The notes under the pieces: model-generated
What the model saw: only the letters and a program-made list of their open reading frames with translations
Databases searched by the model: none
Told to the model about the DNA's origin: nothing
Made by a program: the position numbers and the translations under genes
NCBI GenBank assembly: GCA_014584605.1
Contig: JACTMO010000053.1
Location: 25,792-89,791, forward strand
From: Bacteroidota bacterium
GTDB lineage: Bacteria > Bacteroidota > Bacteroidia > Flavobacteriales_F > PHOS-HE28
DNA length: 64,000 bases
Reading direction: 5' to 3'
Part shown: piece by piece, positions 39,443 to 49,962 of the stretch
How positions within the stretch are numbered: the first letter of the stretch is position 1
How the letters are laid out: each line of letters begins with the position of its first letter

Positions 39443-41001
39443 ACGGCACTGCGATGAAACCGATCCTCTTCACCCTCCTGCTGTTGGTCGCTGCTCCCGC
39501 ATTGGGCCAGCAAGCCGCCACACCGAAACCCGCACGTGGGGCCTGTGCGCTGGCCCCGATGCATGCACAGGGCAACGGCCCCCGGATCCAGGTGACCTGG
39601 GCCGCGCCCGCCTGCACCATCGCCAAGGTGCGCATCTACCGCCGCCGCCAGCACGTGGGCAGCGAGGCGGTGATCCATCCCGTGGTCCTTATCGGACACC
39701 GCCACGACAGCACCGTCGTGCAGTGCTGGGACAGCACCTTCACCGCATTGGGCATCTACGAGTACCGCGCCGTGCCGGTGGATTCCACAGGCCGCGAAGG
39801 CACGAGCTCGGCCTGGATCTCCGCCAACAACCTGGACGATGAGGTGCGGCCCTGGATCAGTTCCGCGAGGGCCGAGGACCTGCCCGGGCAACGCGCCATC
39901 CGCTTGCGTTGGAAGGTGATGAACGGGGTGCGCGTGCGCGGCATCGTACTGCACCGCGCCGACCGGTTCGACGGGCCGTACACGCCCATCGCCGACCTGC
40001 CGCCCACCGACAGCAGCTACACCGACCACGTGCAGCGCGTGAAGGAGACCTACTTCTACCGCATCGAGCTGGTGGACGTGGTGGGGCGCTCCACCGTGGG
40101 CATGCCCGTGCAGGGCCTGAGCAACGACGAGCCCAAGGTGATGCCACCCGCCGCGGTGACGGCGGAGGCCACGCCGCACGGCATCGTGCTCCGCTGGCAG
40201 GCCGGAGGTCCCGATGTGTCGTTCTACCAGGTGGAGCGCGGCGCGCCGAAGGACACCGCCTTCGCGTTGGCCGCCACCGGCATCCGCGCCCCGGCGCAAG
40301 GCCCCGTGCAATGGACCGACAGCCTGGCCACCGACAACGCCCTGCGGCGGTACCGCGTGCGGGCCGTGAGCATCGGCGGGCCGGTGAGCGCGCCCTCCGT
40401 GGTGGCGATGGCGCAGGCCTTCGATGGCCGGGTACCGAGCACGCCCACCGATGTGGCCGTGCGTGACGTGGATGGCGTGGCGTTGGTGAGCTGGCGCGAT
40501 CCCTGGGCCGGAGATGAAGGCCTCTTCGAGGCCGATGTGGAGCGCGCCGGTGCGGGTGATACGGTCTTCCGCGTCGTGAGTGCCGCACCGCTCCCGGCGG
40601 GCACCACCGTGTTCCGGGACAGCAGCATCGTGGCGGGCCGCGCCTACCGTTACCGCGTGGTGGGCCGCTCGATCAATGGCCTGCGCGGCAAGCCCTCCAT
40701 GCCTGCGGAATGGCATGCCCCCCAAGGAGGGATTGCTGGCCCACGCCTGTTGACCGCAAAGCGCACGGCCGAGGGCATCGCCTTGGAATGGGCCGCCCGC
40801 GCCTGGGAGGGCAAGGAGCTCCGCCTGTACCGCTCGGTGAACGGCGCCGCGCCAACCTTGTTGAAGACCTTGCCACTTGATGCCGCCAGCTACACCGATC
40901 GCCAAGCGGTGAAGGGCGCGTTCAACCAGTACGTGTTGCGGCTGTTGCGCGCCGACGGCACCGAGAGCGGGCCGAGCGAAGCGGTGGGCTTGCGCTGGTG
41001 A
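39439..41001 (+). CDS. Exported fibronectin type III repeat protein
   Basis: Signal peptide; about 5 FN3 units (IRLRW...YTD...YFYRI, IVLRW...WTD...RYRVRAV); overlaps the upstream stop (ATGA). Confidence 0.85.
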   Translation: MNGTAMKPILFTLLLLVAAPALGQQAATPKPARGACALAPMHAQGNGPRIQVTWAAPACTIAKVRIYRRRQHVGSEAVIHPVVLIGHRHDSTVVQCWDSTFTALGIYEYRAVPVDSTGREGTSSAWISANNLDDEVRPWISSARAEDLPGQRAIRLRWKVMNGVRVRGIVLHRADRFDGPYTPIADLPPTDSSYTDHVQRVKETYFYRIELVDVVGRSTVGMPVQGLSNDEPKVMPPAAVTAEATPHGIVLRWQAGGPDVSFYQVERGAPKDTAFALAATGIRAPAQGPVQWTDSLATDNALRRYRVRAVSIGGPVSAPSVVAMAQAFDGRVPSTPTDVAVRDVDGVALVSWRDPWAGDEGLFEADVERAGAGDTVFRVVSAAPLPAGTTVFRDSSIVAGRAYRYRVVGRSINGLRGKPSMPAEWHAPQGGIAGPRLLTAKRTAEGIALEWAARAWEGKELRLYRSVNGAAPTLLKTLPLDAASYTDRQAVKGAFNQYVLRLLRADGTESGPSEAVGLRW

Positions 41002-41134
41002 GGTATCACGCCAGTGCTGACGCCGGCGCGTTCACGGCGTTCATCGCGTTCTACGCCCGGATGCCTTGGAAGGGATCCACAGCGAGCTTCTTGCGGGTCC
41101 CTTCGCCCGGCCCCTTCTCGTATTTTCGTCCCAA

Positions 41135-41734
41135 ATGATCGTTGCGGGAACGGATCGATCGGCCATCGTGATCATGATGGTGCTGTGCTGTCCCGCGTGC
41201 ACAAAGGACCCGACCCTGGATCCACCGGCCGACGCTTCGGAAGAGGCACTCTCCAACATCCTCCATCTCGACCCCGAACCCGACCCGTTCACTACGGCGC
41301 CCTGGTGGGGCCCGGTGGTCGTTGACATCGATCTCGATTCGGTCGCGGACCTTGAGCTTCGCGTATTGTACGAGGATGACACGACCACGCCCTGGCCTGA
41401 TGCGCTCTGGGGAACCCAGGTGGTCAGCATGCACGATAGTGTAGAGGTCTCGGTCGGCTCGCTCGATGGGTCGTGGTCGCTCCTTTCCCCGGGCGACCCC
41501 ATAGACGGTGACCTGTACTGGATGCGAACATTGGGGCTCCACAGCCAGATCCCTGGATACTCCGAAATGTGGTCGGGCGTATCCAGCGGGTATATCGGAG
41601 TGCGCAAGCGAAATGGTGATGTGAACTATGCTTGGGTACAGGTGCATTCAGGCGTTGACGACATCGCTTACCAGCAAAGCGGGTTCGAACGCACGTTGAA
41701 CCTTCCGATCCATGCCGCAGATACGGGGGAATAG
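41135..41734 (+). CDS. Hypothetical lipoprotein
   Basis: Hydrophobic N-terminus with PAC lipobox-like Cys; acidic beta-rich body (IDLDSVADLEL, GYIGVRK, YAWVQV); lower GC than its neighbours. Confidence 0.6.
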   Translation: MIVAGTDRSAIVIMMVLCCPACTKDPTLDPPADASEEALSNILHLDPEPDPFTTAPWWGPVVVDIDLDSVADLELRVLYEDDTTTPWPDALWGTQVVSMHDSVEVSVGSLDGSWSLLSPGDPIDGDLYWMRTLGLHSQIPGYSEMWSGVSSGYIGVRKRNGDVNYAWVQVHSGVDDIAYQQSGFERTLNLPIHAADTGE

Positions 41735-41891
41735 GTCGCGCCATCGGCAATGACGGATCCTGATCCGCCAGAAGCGCGCTACCCGATCCCTTTTCCGGGG
41801 ACCGTCCTTGGCCGCTCCGGCACCTGCCGCCGCATGCGCGGCTTCCTGTTCCCCGCTTCGCGGTGAGACCTCCCATCCTGCTGGAAAGCAA

Positions 41892-41919
41892 GCAGGGCCG
41901 CCGGGAACGGCGGCCCTGC
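41892..41919. terminator. Hairpin between convergent genes
   Basis: GCAGGGCCGCCG-GGAA-CGGCGGCCCTGC, perfect 12-bp stem. Confidence 0.6.
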
Positions 41920-41965
41920 ACGGGCGGTCGCGGACGTATCCCCTCGTCGCGGTGCCCGCGTTCCT

Positions 41966-42958
41966 TCAGAAGCTCACCAGGGTGAGTCCCGCGTTCACCG
42001 GTACCAGTTCGGGCCCGCGGTCCTTGCGGAAGAGCGGCGTGAGGGCGTATTCGGCGAAGAGGTTGAGGCCCGCCCAGCCCACCTGGACCCTGGCGGCCAG
42101 GCGGTGGTCCAGCAGCTGGAAGGAACCCTTGCTGCGCTCCTTCTCCACCGCGCCGTCCTGGCGGTACTTCACCTTGTACATGGTATCGAAGTACCAGCTG
42201 CCCACCAGGCCGAAGGCCAGATGGAAGTTGTTCTTGCGGGAGAAGCCGTGGTCCTTCCAGCTCCCGCTGCGCAGCGCCTCCTCGGTGGGCAGGGGCGAGC
42301 GCCTGGTGTTGAACTCCAGCATCAGGGGCACGCGCAATCCGATCTGGCGCAGTTTGTTCTTCCGCAGGTCCGGGTCCACCACCACCTGCCCGAACACCGA
42401 GTCGGCATCGTACGCCAGGCGCACGTTGTTGCTGAGCCGGTAGTTCACGAACTCCAGGCCCACGCCGGTGAACAGGCCCGCGTGGTGGCTCCCGAACTCC
42501 ACCTTGTACGCGGCGGCATTGATGGCGAAGAACCGCGAATTGGCGTCCTCCAGCTGCAGGAAGCGGGCCTTGTCCGGCAGGTCGAAACCGCCGTCGGGGT
42601 TCATGTAGTTATTGAGGCCGATCTCCACCCCGGTCCAGTAGGTGAAGGCGTTGCGGCGCGAGCGCCGCAGTTCGCGCAGCCGTTTGGCGGCCGCCACGCC
42701 CGTGGTGTCCAGCACCTTGTTCGCCGAGAGGATGGTGATGATCTTGCGCCTGGTCTGGAAGGTGATGGTGTCGGGCCGGTCCTCGCTGGCTGTGTCGTCC
42801 TTGCCCTTCACCCCGGCGTACGGCCCCCGCTCGCTGTCCACCCCGATCTCCAGGCGGTTGCGGTGGGTGCCGGTGCTGTCGTCCTGTGCCCGCAGTGCCG
42901 ACCGGTGCAGCAGGAGGGAGGCCACCGCGAGGGTGGCGAAGGCTGTCGCGTTGCGCAT
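41966..42958 (-). CDS. Outer-membrane beta-barrel protein (PorT/OmpA-barrel-like)
   Basis: Signal peptide; WTGVEIGLNNY, GVGLEF, LRVPLMLEF and LFAEYALTPLF strands; C-terminal F. Confidence 0.75.
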   Translation of the reverse strand: MRNATAFATLAVASLLLHRSALRAQDDSTGTHRNRLEIGVDSERGPYAGVKGKDDTASEDRPDTITFQTRRKIITILSANKVLDTTGVAAAKRLRELRRSRRNAFTYWTGVEIGLNNYMNPDGGFDLPDKARFLQLEDANSRFFAINAAAYKVEFGSHHAGLFTGVGLEFVNYRLSNNVRLAYDADSVFGQVVVDPDLRKNKLRQIGLRVPLMLEFNTRRSPLPTEEALRSGSWKDHGFSRKNNFHLAFGLVGSWYFDTMYKVKYRQDGAVEKERSKGSFQLLDHRLAARVQVGWAGLNLFAEYALTPLFRKDRGPELVPVNAGLTLVSF

Positions 42959-43003
42959 GATCTTGCTGTGCGGCGGCGGCCTGGTGGCCGCCTGCAGACA
43001 TAG

Positions 43004-43029
43004 GACGGGTCACCGGGCCCGTTGTTACA
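43004..43029 (-). promoter_or_regulatory. ECF sigma promoter TGTAAC-N16-CGTC
   Basis: Minus strand TGTAACaacgggcccggtgaccCGTC upstream of the beta-barrel gene. Confidence 0.7.
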
Positions 43030-43057
43030 GCGCCGCAAGGAATAGGGTGTGGAAAGG

Positions 43058-43093
43058 GCGAAGGGGCCGCCCCTTTCAAGACGACCCCTTCGC
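43058..43093 (-). terminator. Probable intrinsic terminator
   Basis: GCGAAGGGGCCG...CGACCCCTTCGC stem just after the stop of 43116-43490. Confidence 0.5.
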
Positions 43094-43115
43094 TGCGGGC
43101 GTACAAAGCGCGGCG

Positions 43116-43490
43116 TCAGACCTTCTCGGGACGGAAGACGAAGCGGACCCGGGTGGTGCGCCAGATGCCGTCCAGGTTATCGCCCACATCCACCTTGGCC
43201 AGCTTTTCCAGCACGTACTGGCGCAGGGCCTCGTTGGTGGACCAGGAGTCCAGGACCACGATCCGGCCCTCGCTGTTGACCACGAAGCTGGCGGTGACCT
43301 CGCCGGTCATGTCGTGCGTGCGCTCCAGGACGGGGAACACCATGTGGCGGTTCAGCTGGCGCTCCAGGGCGCGCTCCAGGGTGGTGGTGTTGTCATGCGC
43401 GGTGCGCAGGGGTTCGGCGGCGCGGGTGTACCCGTAGGTGAACACGGTGGCGAGCAGCAGGAGGCTCTTCTTGAGGGTGGCGGCGTTCAT
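43116..43490 (-). CDS. Small exported TonB C-terminal-like protein
   Basis: Signal peptide MNAATLKKSLLLLATVF; FP...GEVTASFVVNSEGRI...RVRFVF TonB_C-like pattern. Confidence 0.65.
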   Translation of the reverse strand: MNAATLKKSLLLLATVFTYGYTRAAEPLRTAHDNTTTLERALERQLNRHMVFPVLERTHDMTGEVTASFVVNSEGRIVVLDSWSTNEALRQYVLEKLAKVDVGDNLDGIWRTTRVRFVFRPEKV

Positions 43491-43517
43491 GGCGGTGGTG
43501 TTTGTCTGTGCCCATGG

Positions 43518-43544
43518 GACGGGCCCCGGCCGTCCGCTGTTACA
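43518..43544 (-). promoter_or_regulatory. ECF sigma promoter TGTAAC-N17-CGTC
   Basis: Minus strand TGTAACagcggacggccggggccCGTC upstream of the TonB-like gene. Confidence 0.65.
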
Positions 43545-43608
43545 GTTTGACGGGCATCCTGTGATGAGCGGAAGCGGTGCCGGGATGAGCGGCGTGGACC
43601 CGGGCCGA

Positions 43609-44937
43609 TCAATGACCCCGGTTGGCCGATACGGCGAGGCCGGCGCCCAGGCGCAGGTCGAAGCGGGTGATGCGCCTGCCCCGGCGCTGTACCGCAAGGC
43701 CGGCCGCCTCCCCGCCGATCCGCCGGAGGCCCTTGTCCACCACGGCCAGGGCATCGCCCTCATCCAAGGGGCGGGCATCGGCCCCGGGCTGGTCGAGCAC
43801 CTTGTTCCGCAGGCGCTGGGCGATCAGCCCGCCCAGGGTGGGCGGCGCGGCCGCGGTGGCAACGGCCAGGAACTCGTCGGGCGTGGGCACCGAGGCTGCA
43901 AGCGGCGCCGGGTCCACGGGGATGGGGTTCTGTGCCCTGGTTCCGATGGGGTGGTGCCGCAGAGGCTCCATGTGTGCCAGCAGGGTGCGCTCCCGTGCGT
44001 CCTCCGTGGTTCCGGCGGGATCGCGCAACGTTCGCTCGTTCGTTCGATGGTCCCCGTGCGTTGTTGCGGACCGTTGGGGCGGGTCCTGCGGACCGCCGGG
44101 GAGCGCTGCGGGACGCTGGGCCGATCCACCGGTCGGGGCTGGAGCTCGCTGTTCCGGCCGTTGCGGGGCGGCGGGTGCTTCCCGGAGCTCCGCCAGGCCT
44201 GCGCGGTCGGGGTCAGGACGGTCCAGGAGCGCCCACAGGCCGAGGCCCAGCAAGAGGGCTGCGGCTGCGGCGTAGCGGTAAAAGGCCGGGCGGTGGAAGA
44301 GCGGAAGCACCCGGCCCCGGCCCCGGTACAGCGCGTCCCTTGCCGGGAAGCGCACGGCCTCGGGGCGCAGGCGTGTGGCGGCCACGAGCCTGCGTTCGCG
44401 TTCCGCTTCAGGGTGTGCGGCAAGGAAGGCCTGGAGGGCGGCGCGGCCCCCGGCATCGAGCGTTCCTTCCAGTTCGGCGATCAGGAAGTCGGTGAGCCGG
44501 TGGCGGTCCACGGCGCCGGTGGGTGGGAAGGTGCGCCGCAGGGTCTCGCGGGTCGGCATGGGTTCCGGCGGCGGCGTCAGGCGGGCCAGCGCCATCAGGC
44601 GGGCATCGTTCCGGGCTTCGGGGTGCTGGTCCAGGTATTCGGCGAGCGCGCGCTGCTGTTGCGGGTCCAGGTCGCCCTCGCCAAGGGCCACCAGGAAGTC
44701 CGGCAGGGTGGTCGGGGTGGGCAGGCCCTGCGGGGGCAGGGTCCGCTTCAGGGAGGCCTTGTCGTCAAAGCCCGGGTCTTCGGCACGGAGCATCGGCGGG
44801 TCGCCGTGCGGGACCTCGGCCGCCAGGTCGGGGTTGGCGCGCAGGAAATCGTCGAGCTCCCGCAGTTGTGCGGGGCTGAGCGTGCCTTCCATGCGGTCCA
44901 GCAGCCAGGCTTCGTAGGTGGTGCGGTCCAGTTTCAC
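43609..44937 (-). CDS. Membrane-anchored anti-sigma factor with three tandem N-terminal helical modules
   Basis: Translationally coupled to the ECF sigma gene; three xxLLDxxEGxLxxxxxxxLxxFLxxHPE repeats; single TM (YAAAAALLLGLGLW); Pro-rich linker. Confidence 0.7.
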   Translation of the reverse strand: MKLDRTTYEAWLLDRMEGTLSPAQLRELDDFLRANPDLAAEVPHGDPPMLRAEDPGFDDKASLKRTLPPQGLPTPTTLPDFLVALGEGDLDPQQQRALAEYLDQHPEARNDARLMALARLTPPPEPMPTRETLRRTFPPTGAVDRHRLTDFLIAELEGTLDAGGRAALQAFLAAHPEAERERRLVAATRLRPEAVRFPARDALYRGRGRVLPLFHRPAFYRYAAAAALLLGLGLWALLDRPDPDRAGLAELREAPAAPQRPEQRAPAPTGGSAQRPAALPGGPQDPPQRSATTHGDHRTNERTLRDPAGTTEDARERTLLAHMEPLRHHPIGTRAQNPIPVDPAPLAASVPTPDEFLAVATAAAPPTLGGLIAQRLRNKVLDQPGADARPLDEGDALAVVDKGLRRIGGEAAGLAVQRRGRRITRFDLRLGAGLAVSANRGH

Positions 44938-45420
44938 AGCACGAGCTCCAGTTGTCCGATGTGATCCTTCAGTGCGGTGCGCCCCCGGTAAATGTAGACC
45001 TTGACCTGTGCGAGGTTCAGCCCGGTGAGCTGGGCGATCTCCTCATAGCTGTAGCCTTCCAGGTCGCGCAGGAGCACCACGCTGCGTTGGACCTGGGGAA
45101 GCCGGGCAAGCCCGGTCTCCAGCACCTTCTGCAGGTCGGGTTCCGACTGGACGCTCCAGCGCAGGTCCTCGTGGTGTTCCTCGAGGCGCGTGCTGCGCCC
45201 CCCCTTTGCGCGCCTCGTCCACCAGCAGATGGTGCGCGGTGGTGAACAGGTAGCTCTTGCTCTTGGCGGCCTCCACCTCGTCCACCCTGGCCCACAGCCG
45301 GGCGAAGCTCTCCTGCACGACATCCTTGGCCACGTCCGCATCGCGCAGATGTTTCAAGGCGAAGCGAAAGAGCCCGTCGGCATGGGCATCCACGGCGCTG
45401 TTGTATTCGTCGGCGGTCAC
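44934..45420 (-). pseudogene. ECF RNA polymerase sigma factor, split by a +1 frameshift at a G7 run
   Basis: Region 2 (LFRFALKHLRDADVAKDVVQESFARLW...KSYLFTTAHH) and region 4 (LPQVQRSVVLLRDLEGYSYEEIAQLTG...VKVYIYRGR) are in different frames, joined at C7 (45198-45204). Confidence 0.85.
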
Positions 45421-45447
45421 GAAGGTGGTGGTCGTCGCTGCTGATGG

Positions 45448-45473
45448 GACGTTCGGGTGCAAGGAAAGTTACA
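45448..45473 (-). promoter_or_regulatory. ECF sigma autoregulatory promoter TGTAAC-N16-CGTC
   Basis: Minus strand TGTAACtttccttgcacccgaaCGTC upstream of the sigma GTG start. Confidence 0.7.
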
Positions 45474-45571
45474 GGCTCCGGTGGGTGCGCGGGATGCCCG
45501 GCACCCGCCCAAGCTTGTTGACCGCCCCTGCCCGGATCCAGTAAATTGCCCACCCTCAGACCCCGCACCCC

Positions 45572-47773
45572 TTGAAAACCGCGACGCACGCCCTTTCGTT
45601 CCTCATGACCGGCCTTGTGGCCGGCGCTCTCCAGGCCCAGTCCTTCACGCGGAACACCACCCCGCTCACCAACGAGAGCGCCCGCTCGGGCGGCTGTGTG
45701 GGGATCACCGACATGGACGGCGACGGGCTGGACGACCTGATCCTGCTCCACCAATCGGAGAACCTGTACATCGATTACCAGAACCCGGACGGCAGTTTCA
45801 CCTCGTTTTCCTACGGATCGGTGAGCTCCAGCGACCAGTGGGGCATGGCCGTGGGCGACGTGGACAACGACGGGCACAAGGACTTCGTAAGCGGTGGCAA
45901 CGGCGATGGGGTTCACTTCGTGGAGATCAGCGGACGTGGCGTGTACACGCCGGTCACCAACCTGAACAACGGTTCCATGTTCATGCAGTGCATGAACATG
46001 GCCGACATCAACAACGACAGCTGGCTGGACGTGTTCGGCTGTGGCGACACCGGCCCGAACAAGATCTGGCTGAACAACGGCAGCGGTTCCTTGAGCTACA
46101 ACAACTACATCAATTTTGCCACCACGCCGGCCACCGACATGAGCGGCAACTACGGCAGCACATGGACCGATTTCGACAACGACGGGGACATCGACCTGTA
46201 CATCACCAAGTGCCGACAGGGGGTGAACAGCCCCACCGACCCGCGCCGCTGGAACCGCCTGTTCGTGAACGACGGCAGCAACAACTACAGCGACCTGGCC
46301 GACACCTATGGGGTACAGAACCAGGAGCAGTCCTGGTCCAGCGACTTCGCCGACATCGACAACGACGGCGACCTGGACCTGATCACCTCCAACCACAGCA
46401 CCACGATCCAGTTGTTCCTGAACGACGGCACGGGGCATTACACCAACGCCACCAGCGGCAGCGGGCTGGAATACACCTCCTTCTTCCTACAGACCAAGTG
46501 CGAGGACCTGGACAACGACGGGTTCGTGGACCTGATCACGTCCGGCGGGGAGTATTACTTCCACGGCAACGGCGACGGCACCTTCACCCGCATCCTGAAC
46601 ATGCTGCCCGAGCCCGGGAGCTACACGCTGCACACCTTCGCCCTGGGCGACATGAACCACGACGGGTTCATCGACGTGTATGCCGGCTACGGCAGCAGCT
46701 ACGTGACGCCCAGCAGCAGCCGCGACGATGAGCTCTACCTGAACAACGGCAATGCGAACCACTTCCTGAACTTCCAGCTGACCGGGCAGGAGAGCAATCG
46801 GGATGCGGTGGGCGCTCGCGTCACCCTGTACGGCCCGTGGGGCATCCAGATCCGCGAGGTGCGGGCCGGGGAGAGCTACGGCATCGTCTGCTCCTCCACC
46901 TGCCATTTCGGGCTGGGGGGTGCCGTGGAAGCCGACAGCGCGGTGGTGCGCTGGCCCAGCGGCACGGTGGACAGGCTGTACAACGTGGCCGCGGACCAAT
47001 GGGTGGCGCTGGAAGAAGGCCAGACCACGCGCGGCGTGGTGGCCATCAAGGCCATGCTGGGCGGGCCGTACGACCAGGGCTCGGGCCTGATGACCGATGG
47101 CCTGCGCAACCTGGGCCTGCTGCCGCTCACCGAACCGTACACGGGACTTGGCCGCACCATCACCGGTCCGCCTGCGCTGCGCATCATCCCCGCGTCGGTG
47201 CTGGCCACCACGGGGGCCAACGCCATCGTGGACTGGGTGTGGGCCGAGCTGCGCGACCCGTCCACTCCGGGCGTGGTGCTGGCCGCCAAACCCGCCTTGG
47301 TGCAGCGCGACGGCGATGTGGTGGGCCTGGACGGGGAGCTCCCCGTGGCCATGGGTCTGGCTGACGGTAATTACCACGTGGCGCTGCGCCACCGCAACCA
47401 CCTGGGCGTGATGACCGGCGCGGCGCTCGCCCTGAGCGGAACGCCCACCGCGCTCGACCTCACGTTGCCCGCCACGCCCACCTGGGGCACGGCCGCGCGC
47501 AAGGATGTGAACGGCACCGCGGTGCTGTGGGACGGGAACGCCCGGGCCACGGACGGGGTGGTGAAGTACGCCGGAGGCAGCAACGACCGCGACCCCATCC
47601 TGGTGGCCATCGGCGGGGCGGTGCCCACGGCCACCACCACCGGCTACTTGCTGGAGGACGTGAACATGAACGGCGCCGTGAAGTACGCCGGTGGCGGCAA
47701 CGACCGCGACCGCATCCTGGTGAACATCGGCGGCTCGGTGCCCACCGGCACACGCACCGAACAGTTGCCCTGA
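45572..47773 (+). CDS. Exported FG-GAP/ASPIC-UnbV (CRTAC1-like) protein with dockerin-like C-terminal module
   Basis: Repeated DxDNDGxxD motifs; SNRDAVGARV...HFGLG...VRWPSG ASPIC; duplicated C-terminal VKYAGxxNDRDxILVxIGG. Confidence 0.85.
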   Translation: MKTATHALSFLMTGLVAGALQAQSFTRNTTPLTNESARSGGCVGITDMDGDGLDDLILLHQSENLYIDYQNPDGSFTSFSYGSVSSSDQWGMAVGDVDNDGHKDFVSGGNGDGVHFVEISGRGVYTPVTNLNNGSMFMQCMNMADINNDSWLDVFGCGDTGPNKIWLNNGSGSLSYNNYINFATTPATDMSGNYGSTWTDFDNDGDIDLYITKCRQGVNSPTDPRRWNRLFVNDGSNNYSDLADTYGVQNQEQSWSSDFADIDNDGDLDLITSNHSTTIQLFLNDGTGHYTNATSGSGLEYTSFFLQTKCEDLDNDGFVDLITSGGEYYFHGNGDGTFTRILNMLPEPGSYTLHTFALGDMNHDGFIDVYAGYGSSYVTPSSSRDDELYLNNGNANHFLNFQLTGQESNRDAVGARVTLYGPWGIQIREVRAGESYGIVCSSTCHFGLGGAVEADSAVVRWPSGTVDRLYNVAADQWVALEEGQTTRGVVAIKAMLGGPYDQGSGLMTDGLRNLGLLPLTEPYTGLGRTITGPPALRIIPASVLATTGANAIVDWVWAELRDPSTPGVVLAAKPALVQRDGDVVGLDGELPVAMGLADGNYHVALRHRNHLGVMTGAALALSGTPTALDLTLPATPTWGTAARKDVNGTAVLWDGNARATDGVVKYAGGSNDRDPILVAIGGAVPTATTTGYLLEDVNMNGAVKYAGGGNDRDRILVNIGGSVPTGTRTEQLP

Positions 47774-47914
47774 CGGGGCTGGTCTTGCGAAGCCTCCAGC
47801 CCGGCGGTGCTGCTGTCCCGCGACGGGCTGGCCGCCGGGCGTACACCGTGCAGGGGGGTGACCGTGGTCGGGGATGTACGGCCGCTGGCCTGCATCCCCG
47901 ATGAACGCAGCGGT

Positions 47915-49702
<1,788 letters not shown>

Positions 49703-49962
49703 GGCCGGGTCCGGAAAAGGCGTGCAAAGGTAGCCCTTGGCCTGCTGGCCGCCCTGCGATCCGGATGACGGCGCAAATGGCACCTTCGAGCATCCACCTC
49801 CTTCCCCGTGCGCATGCATCGCCATCATGGGATCCCGGCCGCCGACGGGAAGCGGGGAACGCGGTTCACATGAAAGTGGTATTGCCCGCCGCAGCGCTTC
49901 CGGCGGAGCTTTGTACACCCGCCCGGAATTGCGGCGAGGACCACCATCCACCGACCCATACC

